Shown here piece after piece: positions 39,700 to 51,135 of a DNA stretch of 64,000 nt. Below the pieces are notes generated by a model. It had not been told where the DNA came from. It did no database searches and saw only the letters and a program-made list of their open reading frames with translations. A program made the translations under genes and the position numbers. This DNA is from Dicyema japonicum. Taxonomy: Eukaryota > Animalia > Dicyemida. The stretch is from assembly GCA_011109175.1 (NCBI GenBank), contig RDEW01000022.1:814624-878623 (forward strand). Reading direction: 5' to 3'. Position 1 is the first letter of the stretch. Every line of letters begins with the position of its first letter.

Positions 39700-40770
39700 A
39701 ACATACAAATTTTCTTTTGACGAGGATTTTTCGATGATGTAGATAAATCGTTTGACAACATTTAGCAAACAAAAATTGAATGAATATGAAGTGGAAACTG
39801 GGATTTGAAAGGTGACTAAGGCTCTTATGAAATGTGACATTCCGCTTAACAAGTTATCAATTTTATATTTCAGAGAACAAACGATATGTCGCGGTTCTCA
39901 TTTAAACCAATTGAGTCTGCACCTACAAAAAATTGATAGCACAGATTGTTGATCCGAAATATAATGGTTGAACGGATAATTTTATGTTTCTTATTTCTGA
40001 TGCTGCAAGGTATATGACAGCCGGTAATGTTTAAATTCATTTATGATTTAGCTGGGAAAATTTAAAAATTTTATATCTTAATCTTTTTCATGTCAACTGC
40101 GTTGCCCATATTTTGCATAATTGTTCAATGGAGGCCAAAAAATTTTTTCCAGTAGATGATATAATAGCTAGCGTACAAGCTTCTACTAGGAAGAACCAAA
40201 AGCGAAAATTGTTGTTTTCCGAAATTGGAAATCCTCCCAAAGTCGTATTGACGAGATGGGGTATCTGGTTGAAGGCTGCATCTTTTATTCAAAAAATTTA
40301 ATCACAGTGATTACTAGTTAATTGAGGACGAAGGAATTTTTGTAACTTGTACGAAAAATGCATTAAAAAGTGAAAACTAGTACAAAGCTTATGCCCTATT
40401 TCGCATAACTATTTACATATTCCAGGTTTTTTTTATATAATAATTTATCACATACAAAAATATTACAATTTGAAAGTAACGAGTGTACAATAGAGTTCGC
40501 ATATCAGACTCTTAGTGTAATATAGTTTGGGAGCGATGAAAAAGGGTCAAACAATATTTGGAGAAGAGAATTTCGGAAAGGACCTAACTAAAAATATTAA
40601 TATGGAATGTAAAAATGTCTCTCCTAAAGATTATTCGCTCCTTCTAAATTGTCAGCCATCCTCGGCATTTGTCGAAAAATGTTTTTCGCAATTCAAGAGT
40701 TTTTTGAGGATAAACAGAAAATTTTGTAAACGAAATCTGGAAAATTACGTAATTTCCATTTTCAATAAAT
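39700..40770 (+). mobile_element. Degenerate hAT-superfamily (DUF659/CGGBP1-like) transposase
   Basis: HVNCVAHILHN, PPKVVLTRWGIWL and SAFVEKCFSQFK, with many stops and frameshifts. Confidence 0.65.
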
Positions 40771-40814
40771 AGTCTTTAAAACAACAGTTGTCTTTTTTAA
40801 CCTCTCTCGTGACT

Positions 40815-40910
40815 CACACCTTTTGAGGCGAGCTTGCTTCCAATGCTGGAGAGAAAAACGTCTGTCGTCGCTCCCACGGTTCCAGTTGTCTCCACAGCAA
40901 TGGGGGTAAA
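40815..40910 (+). mobile_element. Short CRE RLE remnant
   Basis: GELASNAGEKK... and VPVVSTAMG resemble the RLE motif G.AA..AE..K..VPVAVETMG. Confidence 0.35.
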
Positions 40911-41420
40911 ATGGTATTGGTGATTAATATTTTTTTAAATTGTTTAAATATTATAAAAATGTTATAAAATATCTTGGCGAATTTTATAACGACAGTTTTT
41001 ATTGTTTTTTTTCTAAGAAATATTTCAAACTAACACGTTTATTATTTTTACAAGTTAAAGGTGCAATTGTAAAAATATCTGATTTCCTTATTCCATGTAC
41101 CGATTCTGGGATCAACAAGAACACTAATGCTTAGTCGAATTTGATGTTCTTTGCATAAGTTATGATTTCCCTTTGCTCAATGATTCAAAGGGTCACCAAA
41201 ATTCCACGTCTTGAGAACGTATATAACTGTCGTCAGAAGAAACAGCATGGCCACTCAAGTTCCCTAAATTTTATTTTCTTAGAATTAACCTTTTATTAAT
41301 AAAAAGAACAAATGATCAAAAAATAAATTTGACAGAAGCTATTTTTGAGAGTAGAAATTTAATATTATCGTCGTGTGCTCCCATGTTCCGGAATTCACTC
41401 CTTAACAGGTATGGGGTCGT

Positions 41421-41820
41421 ATGTACGCACGTTCCGAAATTTGCTTCCATACTCCCCGTATACCTAATATAAAGTGGGGAAAAATAATATTTATCACATG
41501 TTTTCTAGGCGAGTTTTCTCTGACCGATTCAAAAGAGTATCGTGGTATTCCTGGATTCCACACAGTTGTGGTATCAGATGTTCAGAAAAATCCAAAAAGT
41601 TTTATTATGGAAGAATTAGAAGTTGTAGAAAATCCCTACATTTATTATCAAGGTTTTTTATTGTTATTTATTAGTAAAGATGATGAGTACCAGTTTAACT
41701 TTGAGAGGGTGAATTTGCAGTTTTCATATTATAGAAGAATGAATAGGAAGATGGGAGTGCATCGATCAAAATATGAGTTAGATGTTGGAGATTTGTATTC
41801 TATTTTTAATTGCTTAAAGC
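41421..41820 (+). CDS. Uncharacterised ORF running into an assembly gap
   Basis: About 133 open codons up to the N gap; no recognisable domain. Confidence 0.3.
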
Positions 41821-41962
41821 NNNNNNNNNNNNNNNNNNNNNNNNNNNNNNNNNNNNNNNNNNNNNNNNNNNNNNNNNNNNNNNNNNNNNNNNNNNNNNNN
41901 NNNNNNNNNNNNNNNNNNNNNNNNNNNNNNNNNNNNNNNNNNNNNNNNNNNNNNNNNNNNNN

Positions 41963-42140
41963 TGCAGCGTGGATTGCGAACGAGTTCTCTCGGAGTATGG
42001 CTATTACAATTTTTGTCTTAGCCATAACCCTTCTCGTTGATCCCTTTTCTTTCTGGCAAGCAATCCTCCGAGTTCTCACAAGAACTCAGCCGTCATTGGA
42101 CCAACGGCTCCCGATGGTTCAGTCGCAACAGGAGTAAATC
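41963..42140 (-). mobile_element. CRE 3' fragment
   Basis: KIVIAILRENSFAIHAA is near-identical to KIGIAILRGNSFAIHAA at 45.3 kb. Confidence 0.75.
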
Positions 42141-42199
42141 GGTAGCGATCCCCGAGGCAAGAATATTTCTTGTTTATAATAAATTAAAACCAAATATGC

Positions 42200-42643
42200 A
42201 ATTCTATGTAAACAAAGAATGTTTTTTTAATTTTTGTTAATTGGAAAATTTCGTTTCTCAAAATACACAACAAGGTCGTTTCGTAATTCGAACAAACGTT
42301 CCGATACCCTTCCACATGACAACCATCTTACTTCTGCACGGATGATCTTTTTTGAACATGGTTTTATAAGATTGTACTTGCTTCTTCAAAACGTGCTACA
42401 AGATAACTACTCACCTTCTTAATTAAAAATAATTAATACTTGATCATCTGGTCTATTTAAGTTGTCGTGTTTCGCAAAATTGGACATTTTTAAATTGCAC
42501 TTTGTAGATGCATTCAATATTTTTTGAATCTCTTATTCAATTATTGTTTCTCATTAGAAATCTTATAAAATTGATTAATTGACTAACTAACTAGAAACAA
42601 AAGGAACCCTGGGGTTTTCCGGAACCCAGATTGGGAACCACTG
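42200..42643 (-). mobile_element. hAT (Buster/Charlie-type) element 5' end with transposase remnant
   Basis: TIR CAGTGGTTCCCAA (reverse complement of 42631-42643) flanked by CTCTAGGC, a Buster-type target. Minus-strand AEVRWLSCGRVSERLFELRN. Confidence 0.75.
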
Positions 42644-42699
42644 CTCTAGGCGACCACAAAAAGTCCTGGTTTATTTTCAATTCATGTGCCACATCCGAT

Positions 42700-43330
42700 A
42701 TATCTTACCGATCTTTGGGAGTGTTCTAGTCCTGTTAGACAGAGTGTAAGTAAATATTGTTACTGCAGTTTTAGTTTGGTTGGTTTCCGAAATTTATTTG
42801 ATGACTGTCGTTTCCATCCGCCACAAAGTGCATTTTCTTTGGTTGAATTGGTGACGTGCTTCTGTTTTTCCCCGGAAAATCATGCTTAGATCAAACTCCT
42901 GTTCATCATCGCCACATACAACGTTCGAGGCCTCTCGTCTCTATTCAAGAGGAAACAACTATCCGAAAATCTGTCAAACGATCGAATAACCTCTGGCACA
43001 AATATTNTTTCCGCCACAAAGTGCATTTTCTTTGGTTGAAGTGGTGACGTGCTTCTGTTTTTCCCCGGAAAATCATGCTTAGATCAAACTCCTGTTCACA
43101 ATCGCCACATACAACGTTCGAGGCCTCTCGTCTCTATTCAAGAGGAAACAACTATCCGAAAATCTGTCAAACGATCGAATGACCTCTGGCACAAATATTT
43201 GGATGATAAGGCGACTGAAATTAAACTGTCACTATGGAAGACGAATGTGGGCGAGGATGGCGAGGAGGGTGGCTGTAAAGCATGACTCAAGCGAAACCCT
43301 TTTAGGGCTACGCAAAGGAGCTTTTAACTA
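42700..43330 (+). mobile_element. Internally deleted RTE-clade LINE (5' end plus APE start)
   Basis: IATYNVRGLSSLFKRKQLSENL; the 5' motif is shared with 15656-15677. Duplicated around N at 43007. Confidence 0.65.
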
Positions 43331-43869
43331 ACTAAATGCATCTAGCCATAAAGATTCGAGTTCTTCATGCAACCCATCTTATTTTCTTTATCCTTATTAA
43401 AAAAATTATTGGTTATCCTCAGTATCTCGAAGCCATTATGAATTTTATAAATTAAAATTTTAGTGTTTCGATGGTGAAATTTTAATATCAAATAGCAAAT
43501 CATCAAAGTGAAATACAGAACAATCATTCCTGGTAGGATCTCAGCACAAAGAAAGCAAAACAAATAGAGGAGTATTTAATAGTAAAATCTTTGGATAAAG
43601 GCATAATCCGATGTGTTTTACTGTAATTATTTTCTAGGTTCTTATATTGCGCAGTCTTTACATTAGCATTTCCCAAATTCGTCATTTGACACACGTTAGT
43701 TCACTATTTAGTCACGTAGGATGTCAGTAATGCCATGCAAGTATTTTTAAGAGGGTCATATCTCAAGTTTCACTAAGTGAAGGTGATCCATCAGAAAGGT
43801 ATATCCGCATTTATGCGGAAGACATAAAAAACTGCATTTTTTATTAGCTAGCTCAGTACAGTTTATTTG

Positions 43870-44164
43870 TTTAATTTTTTTATTTAATAACCTCGTAAAG
43901 GGAAGACCATGAAAAAAGGAGTAAACCAACTAATTAAGTAATCCCGGTACGCCTCAACAGGATCGAGAAGTTTTTCCTATGTTCCTCCAGAGTACCCACG
44001 GCTTTCCTGAATAGACGACGATCATCTTTCATTAGAGTTTGAAGAGGGGTGGGTTTTTTCCCCAAATTACGTGTATTTGAAACCTCTAGCTTTGAATGGA
44101 TGAAAAGACTTGTTTCTTGGCCACACAGAACGATGAAGCCGGAGCCATTATTTTTGATTGCGGC
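43870..44164 (-). mobile_element. LINE 3' end (ends RRTGIT*), same subfamily as 9716-11390
   Basis: DDRRLFRKAVGTLEEHRKNFSILLRRTGIT*; high nucleotide similarity to 9716-10150. Confidence 0.85.
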
Positions 44165-44222
44165 GACATACATAAAGAAGTGAAGAGCAGACATACACTT
44201 TATTTAATTAAAGAACAGTTAT

Positions 44223-46092
44223 TGTGCCGCTCCATGCAGGTTGCACCAATTTTAGACGTTACACTTTGACCTTGTGACATGACAGTTGATTTTGACAGGT
44301 GACGTTTCATTAAAAACGAAATCTCAATTTCAAATATCGTAATTAAGTAAGTGTGGAGGAATAAAACGCCACATAGTAATTGTTCAAAAATGAAACTATA
44401 ATTTATTATTTTATATAATAATAATGATAAATATTATAAAAATAGAAATTATTCATTAAAACCCCTATCTTGACCCTTATCCAACCATACCCCTAATTTA
44501 ACCAATTATATCATATCCCTGATCATTTTTTAACCCTACCACTATCTTAACCGTAATTCTATCTATTAAGCTTTATTAACATAGGAGTTTACAAAACAGA
44601 AAGGCTTAAAAATTTTAACTCTAGATTATTTTAATTTGTACTATCAACACATCTTTTCCGCATTCACAATTCTTCACTTTTATATACTCTTTTACTTCCA
44701 TGAAATAGATAAAACGGGATTTTCATCGTGGAAGAATGCAAGCTTTTATTATAATCACTACCAAATCCACACGTGAAATCCATTTTTTAATTTTTTTGTT
44801 GTATGAAAAGTTTTTTTGTAATCAACGAGTCAACGTTTGGTTACAACGTTCTACTTGGCCCTGGAATTGAGGATGCCTTGGACGATTAAACTTTTGCATT
44901 TTTAAACTCTTTCCCATTGTCAGATTGTAATATCTGAGGAGGTCCAAAACAATAAAAGATAGATCTATAATAAATTGGGTCTGATCGAGGAGATGGGAAG
45001 AGACCTGACGGGATGACCCTTTTCCCCTTCACGTCTGGAAGATCTTTGGTCTGGGACGCAACTTGCATAGACACGTTCTCAAGCACGAACATTTTTAAAT
45101 CTGTTCAGACACCTGGAGCAGCTGCTTCGACCGCGGAAAACCTAAAAATCAAGAAATATTCTTGCCTCGGGGATCGCTACCGATTTACTCCTGTTGCGAC
45201 CGAATCATCGGGAGCCGTTGGTCCAATGACGGCTGAATTCTTGCAAGAACTCGGAGGATTGCTTGCCAGAAAGAAAAGGGATCAACGAGAAGGGCTATGG
45301 CTAAGACAAAAGATTGGAATAGCCATACTCCGAGGGAACTCGTTCGCAATCCACGCAGCAGGCTTCCTCAACTGATATTTGTTTAATTGTTAAAAAAAAA
45401 AAAAAAAAAAAAAGATCTTAAAATAAACAAATAATAGTTGCTTCCTTAGAGACGATCGCTTTTGCAAAACAAAAGTTGTAATATACGTCAATAATATTAA
45501 ATATATATTTAAAGCCATCATTGGCCTGGGACCATCGACTTAAATTCACCAAGTCCATTTGAAATTTTTCTCGAGGAAACTTTGCTCTAATGTGAATCAT
45601 AGGAATTTGAGCTTTTAAAGTTGGCTTTGTACACATGCTGCGTATTCGGAACATACATCACGTACAATGGATCTTTGATGGTGAAATAATAACTATCGCA
45701 AAATTCTTTCAGTTTATTGATTCCATAATGAGTAATCAAATGCTGTTTTATGCGTTTTATCTTCATAGTTTGAATATCATTCTGAGCAATAACACTTTTA
45801 TGAGCCTCATCATTTATAAAGAGTTTAGAATCTTCCAACAAGAAAAAATTGGTTTTTTTAATAAACCGAAATTTTTGCATTCGTGTAAAATAATGGTGAT
45901 GATCTTGCATTGTAGATAAGAAACAATATCATTGTACTCTTGGCTAGTCCTGATCATACTTTTAATATGCATTTTTCTAACACGGATAATTCGATTTATG
46001 AATAAATAGTGAATTAATTATGGTTAATTAATTTTAGATGTCAATATCCAAAAAAATCCAAGGTCAAAGTGTAACCTGCATGGAGCGCTACA
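44223..46092 (-). mobile_element. Ginger2/TDD-type DNA transposon (retroviral-like DDE integrase), both ends present
   Basis: TIRs TGT(GC/AG)CGCTCCATGCAGGTT and 5-bp TSD GTTAT (44218-44222 / 46093-46097). HHCC-like finger, KFQMDLV, FNIIDVY, PQILQSDNGKEF and RPRHPQFQGQVER. Confidence 0.9.
44967..45412 (+). mobile_element. 5'-truncated CRE insertion with poly(A), nested in the Ginger integrase
   Basis: DGKRPDGMT...LVWDATC...RGNSFAIHAA*, a poly(A) run ending near 45412, and apparent TSD AGATCT (44961-44966 / 45413-45418). Confidence 0.9.
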
Positions 46093-46300
46093 GTTATTAT
46101 AACTAATCAGTGAGGGAGGACCAAGGAATGCTCCTCACTTCTTTTTGTTGCGTGTATGTCCCTTATATACGATCTGATAACGTCGTCACTCGTCAAGTAA
46201 AACATTCGTGGAACCTTAAACCAGAATGCAGCAGCGAGAATCGAACTAGGGGCCATCAGGTCTCTTTCCCAGTACTCATTACACTGCAGCAACGGGCAGC
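46093..46300 (-). mobile_element. tRNA-headed SINE-like repeat, copy 4 (tail continues at about 44190-44222 beyond the Ginger insertion)
   Basis: Reverse complement AGTTCGATTCTCGCTGCTG, AAGGTTCCACG, TTGACGAGTGACG and GATTAGTTATAATAAC. Confidence 0.65.
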
Positions 46301-46637
46301 AGGCATACATGGTTGATATCAATACTAAATTCTCTTTGATCTGAATGACACAATGACCAAAGACAACTACACCAAATGACCGGTGACCAGCTACGCACCA
46401 TGAGTCTTAGAAAAAAAACAGCCAATCGCAAAGAGAACCATATAGTTTTTAAATAAAAAATCAAAATTCACGCAGCAATAAGATGACCGAAACCTGGGGG
46501 ATCATTATGAGTGGTTCATCAACTCCTCTGATTTGCATCTGAATAGACATTGAAAAATGGATGAAGGTAGAGCATTTCCTTACAAATCGTGTTTAACAAG
46601 CATATAAATTGACAGGTTAAAATAAGTAATAAAATAA

Positions 46638-48010
46638 TTATAATTCATCCACCCCCACTATTTTACGACTATGCGCCCTGCAAACATCCAAGTCACACAC
46701 CTACGACATATCCACATACAAACCTTATCCTCCAAAGACCCTCGAAGTCCATTCAAAGTGAGACCAGTCACCTTCTTAAATAACCACTCTTCAGCCTCAG
46801 CCACATCTCCAGCTACAACATCATGCCCACGTGACACAAAAAACTAAATAAAACTCGATTACTACAGAAACAATGTTCTTGACATCTCCTAACAGAAACT
46901 GAAGAGCACACGGATGCGAGGTCAGCACAGCCTGAGCCACGTCGACCACCCAAACGTGTCCTTTATAGTACAACAGATTGAAGGCACTCAAGTCCGCGTG
47001 GACCAACTGACATTCTTTGAACAGCCTCTCCATAATATAGACAGTATCCTGGAAGGCAGAATCAAGCTGTTGACCGGTTAGGATAATATTCTGAAGAGTG
47101 GGCGCGCTTGTGAAGTCAGACCCGATAAGGGACATCACCAACACGTGTTTTTTGAGGTAGATTGGTCTAGGACAACATAATCCGCACTCAAATATTCTAA
47201 AATTAATAAAAATCCACTTTTTCAGATTAATGAACTCTTTGAAAGCCCAAAGGTTGATGAATTTGACGGTTTTTTTGACATTTATTTTACTGGAATAAAT
47301 GGAGGTGATACCACTTTAGGCGGGGGTCGAATTTTAGAAAGATTTCTCTGCCCTTGTAAATATTGAATGAGGACGACAAGTATATTTTAAGGGCCAAATT
47401 CGAGCCAGGGGGAGAAAGAGCGTGAAATATCGAGGCCTCCTTCCCACTGGAGAAACAGTTGAACACCCCACCCAAAATTCCCTCCTCCTCCAGTTTGAAT
47501 AATACCATATTTGTATTTTTGTTCAATACACGGTTCTAATACATTGTAAAACTCAAAAAGTAGAAAAAAGTAAATTTAACAACTTCAAGGCAAATTTCGA
47601 CCCTAATAAAATAGTTGGGCACACTACACAAAAGCACGTGTTTAAAATAAAAATAAGCCATGATATAATCTTACAGAGGTATGGTTTTCATTTTTGTCCT
47701 TTGAAGGTCTTTTAGTACGATTTACGGGAATTTTGAGCTGATATAAGCAAAACTACAACCAAGTATTCTTGTTTGACAAAGTAATCATCATCATCAGTTA
47801 CGTCATAATCTTCGATAAATCTATTACGTAATACCGGTTCGACAGCAGGTAGAAATCCTTTTGTCTAATATTATGCTAGTTTCGTTGTTGAATTCTTCCT
47901 GTAACATCATTGCCAGTTGAAAATCACTGCTTGTATCGAGTTCCTCACTGAATATTAGCCTTTATTGGTACTCGGAGTAAAACGATAAATTTGAATTTCC
48001 CTCTTTGGGA
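46638..48010 (-). CDS. RIOK3: RIO-family atypical Ser/Thr kinase, RIOK3-like
   Basis: SSDFQLAMMLQEEF (RIOK3-like N-terminal motif), SSGKEASIFHA, ALKIY, LKKHVLVMSLIG, LVHADLSAFNLLY and VVDVAQAV. TAA at 46638-46640; start approximate. Confidence 0.85.
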
Positions 48011-48119
48011 TTTATCATGAAAACTATCCCACAAGGATCGTTACAACGATTTCTTTTGAATTTATTTATATTTATTTAATAATTATTTAATAAATTATTT
48101 TTTTCATAACGAAAATCTT

Positions 48120-48270
48120 AAACATCCAATTATCCCTGTACGTTCATGCGCGGGCACGAAGGAAGAACGACGGTCAAAGATTAGGTCTGTTTGAATCTGT
48201 TAGAATGCATCGGGATCACGTGATAATTAGTTTTGTTTTACTGTGGTCTTGGGTTAAATAACTAAAAAAA
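48120..48270 (+). mobile_element. LINE 3' end (ends LECIGIT*)
   Basis: GGG ATC ACG TGA at 48212-48223, then TAATTAGTT...GTGGTCTTGGGTT and an A tail. Confidence 0.6.
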
Positions 48271-48299
48271 ATGTTGTGACGTACCTCTCTATTACTAAG

Positions 48300-48720
48300 T
48301 GCTGGTAATGTCTCAAAAACACTGTGGAAGAAAGAATTTCAGCTTAATGCTTTTAATGTTAGAACATTCAGTTCTGAAATACGAAAAAACCAGCTTTGCC
48401 AATATCCACATCATTACGGAATGGCTATGTATGTCTTTATGAAACTGAGCTATCCGTCGAATTGGATGGAGACTGTGGGAAATAGATTTCTGTTTCTGTG
48501 ACCGGACTGTAGGTACTATGGAATGGGCTTTGTGGTGCATTAGAGCATTAAAAAAGTATTGGAAATCAATGACAGGATTTTTATAATCCAGATTATCAAT
48601 AAATTATCAACAATAGTAAATTCTCCTACCATGGCCATAACTGCTAAAAATCAAAAAAAATTGACCTATTCTACACTGTTTTCGACTTTCCATTTACATT
48701 CCTTTCACATGTTCCAATCG
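48300..48720 (+). mobile_element. Degenerate RTE APE endonuclease fragment
   Basis: Remnants of AFNVRT..., YGMGFVVH and NDRIFI motifs, homologous to 15375-15643. Confidence 0.5.
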
Positions 48721-49124
48721 TTTCTTGTACCAATTATATTCCAATTATTTATTTAGGCCACCTAACCAGTTCATCAGATTAATTAGATGAATACACTAAT
48801 CAAACTAATCGGATGAATCTACTAAACCACTGAATCACAAAAAGATGATGAGAGCTACTGTCAAATCGTAGACTTCATTAAGGCTCGGTGGTAGATCTCC
48901 TGAAAGATCTAATCGTGTCCCAGACCTTTTTCATAGAAGGGTTTCCAATGAGGACTTTGAATAGCTTTGTCAAACGTTTCACGGAAGTATCTTTGAGATA
49001 TTTGCTTGATACTAAGTATTCTGATCTGAGCCTCCTCTTTTCGCTTAATCTCTCGAGAAAAGTTCAGAAGCGTTTATCCTAAAAGGTCTGAAGACCATTG
49101 TATTATTTTCTTTGAAGGCTTATT

Positions 49125-49545
49125 TATGTTTTATTTATTTAACCCCAAGACCACCAGGAAAGATAGGTCAAAACTAACTAATTAAGTGATCCCAGCCTCC
49201 AACAACATCCGAACTCTTCATTTAATCTTCTGATGATCCAACCGCATTCTGGAAGCGTCTTCTCTTCCTTCTGCGAAAGAATTCAATCGGAGTCCACTTT
49301 TTTATTACCGACCAAAATTCCTCTGCATGGGCCACCTTTTCCTTGAGTGAATTTCCCAGTTCCTTGCAGAAACTTAGGAAACCCTGGCCATTCTTCAACG
49401 TTGCCTCATCAGAAACGAGGTCGCCAATGGGGATGTCCGTGTAATGCATAATTTTCCGCCTGAGAGAGTTCAAACGGTCCAATCTCGAAGAGGGAATCGC
49501 AAATCTCCAGGCGGAGCAGGCATATTCACCTTTAAACCTTCGAGG
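49125..49545 (-). mobile_element. LINE 3' end (ends LEAGIT*), same subfamily as 34790-35840
   Basis: GFLSFCKELGNSLKEKVAHAEEF; GGG ATC ACT TAA at 49182-49193 plus tail. Confidence 0.8.
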
Positions 49546-49649
49546 GCTTGATGGGATTTTATTTAATTTATTTTATTATAAATAATATATAATTAAATTA
49601 TCAAATAGAAATATATTATTTGAAGTAGAACAAAAAAATTATTGACGTC

Positions 49650-51135
49650 ATGCTTGAAGGAATTCCTAAAGATCAGGTCTTAGCTCCAGATTTAATTTCA
49701 GGTTTTTTTGGTGATAACTCTCCTCACATTTATCCCAGTTGGACTGCTGTTTAGGATATTATTTTTTTACAAAATCAAAAATACCGGACTGAGGCACTAC
49801 CTCACTACAGTTATGGGGTTAATCGTCCTCTTCATTTTCTACGGAAGGTCTAATTTTTGGATAATCAAGGAGTTGCATGCACATGCTGGCTCAGTCTCTC
49901 ATCGTCTACTTCATCCTCTGGGTCTTCCCAAGGCGGTCCCGAACCTTGTGGGCAATCTCGGTCTCCTTCGCTTACTTGTTAATCCTTCACATCTGGCGAG
50001 CCTGGAAGGATTACGGGGGTTATAAGCTCGACATTACAGGGTTTGACGGTTTCCTCCATAATAGTCCAATAATGATCTCCACCCAAAAGCTCACTGCTCT
50101 CGCCGTGGCCTACAAAGATGGCCTAAAAACAAACAATGACGAGAAGAGTGAAAAATATTCTATAAAGTTACCCCTAGCTTAACGGCTAGGAAACTCCCTT
50201 CCCTATTAGAATTTTCCTCGTACATCCTCAACTACCATGGAGTGCTGATTGGACCATTCTTTCACTTTAAAGATTACATCGATTTTGTTGGGAACGAAAA
50301 AGTTTATTTTGTATATATTTTTAGAGACCAAAATATTATTTCAAAAATATTTTAATTAAATTATTTTATTCTATTTGTTGTTCCTTGTTGGTTGTCTACT
50401 TTGGGGGATACGTAGACCCCGAATGGATTTATAGTGACGATCCATTTATATTCTAGAAAAGTCTAGAAAGATCGACACATTTTCGGCTTTGATTGCTTTT
50501 CACTTTTATGCCTATTTGAGTAGTGTTAGTACTCGCTTCAGATATTATTTTGCGTGGATTATGTGTACTTTATGTGGTTTATTAAGCTGAACTGGCACAT
50601 AATGCTGTGGGATTCGGGTATAAAGAAGAGTCAGAGTCCTGGAGTGGGATGAATAACGTCTGCGTCCTCAAATTCGAGGTCGGGTCTTGAGTTATGACAG
50701 TTTCCTAGATCCTTCAAAGAGGCCGTGGCTAACTGGAATATAATGACCGTGGAGTGGCTCCGGTATATCGTGTACGAACGGGATCTTCCCTTCAAGAAGC
50801 TTTGCCTTTTCCTGGTCTCTGCTTTCTGGCACGGTGTCTATCCTGGGTACTACATTATGTTTGGTACTGCCTTCATTTTGACTCAGACAGCAATTAAGGT
50901 AGTATTTGGAATGATTTTGATTTATAAATTTACTGTTAGGAGGAATCTGTCCCCGTTGGCTGCCGGTATCCTTCAGAGGACATTTGGGATGATGGGGATC
51001 ACATATATGTACCTGCCGTTCGTGGTTTTGTCGTTTTATAGGAGTGTGCAAATCTACTGGTTTCTATGTCGCTTATTTTAGGTCGATTGGCTTTTGGTTG
51101 CATTTTCTGGCAGTTTCTATTATTTTAATGTGTTG
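49650..51135 (+). CDS. MBOAT2: Membrane-bound O-acyltransferase, MBOAT1/2 (lysophospholipid acyltransferase)
   Basis: DYGGYKLDITG/PIMISTQKLT, PSLLEFSSY...GPFF and NWNIMTVEWLRYIVYER...VSAFWHGVYPGYY (catalytic His motif). Tiny introns; 3' end approximate; MBOAT1 versus MBOAT2 not resolvable. Confidence 0.88.
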
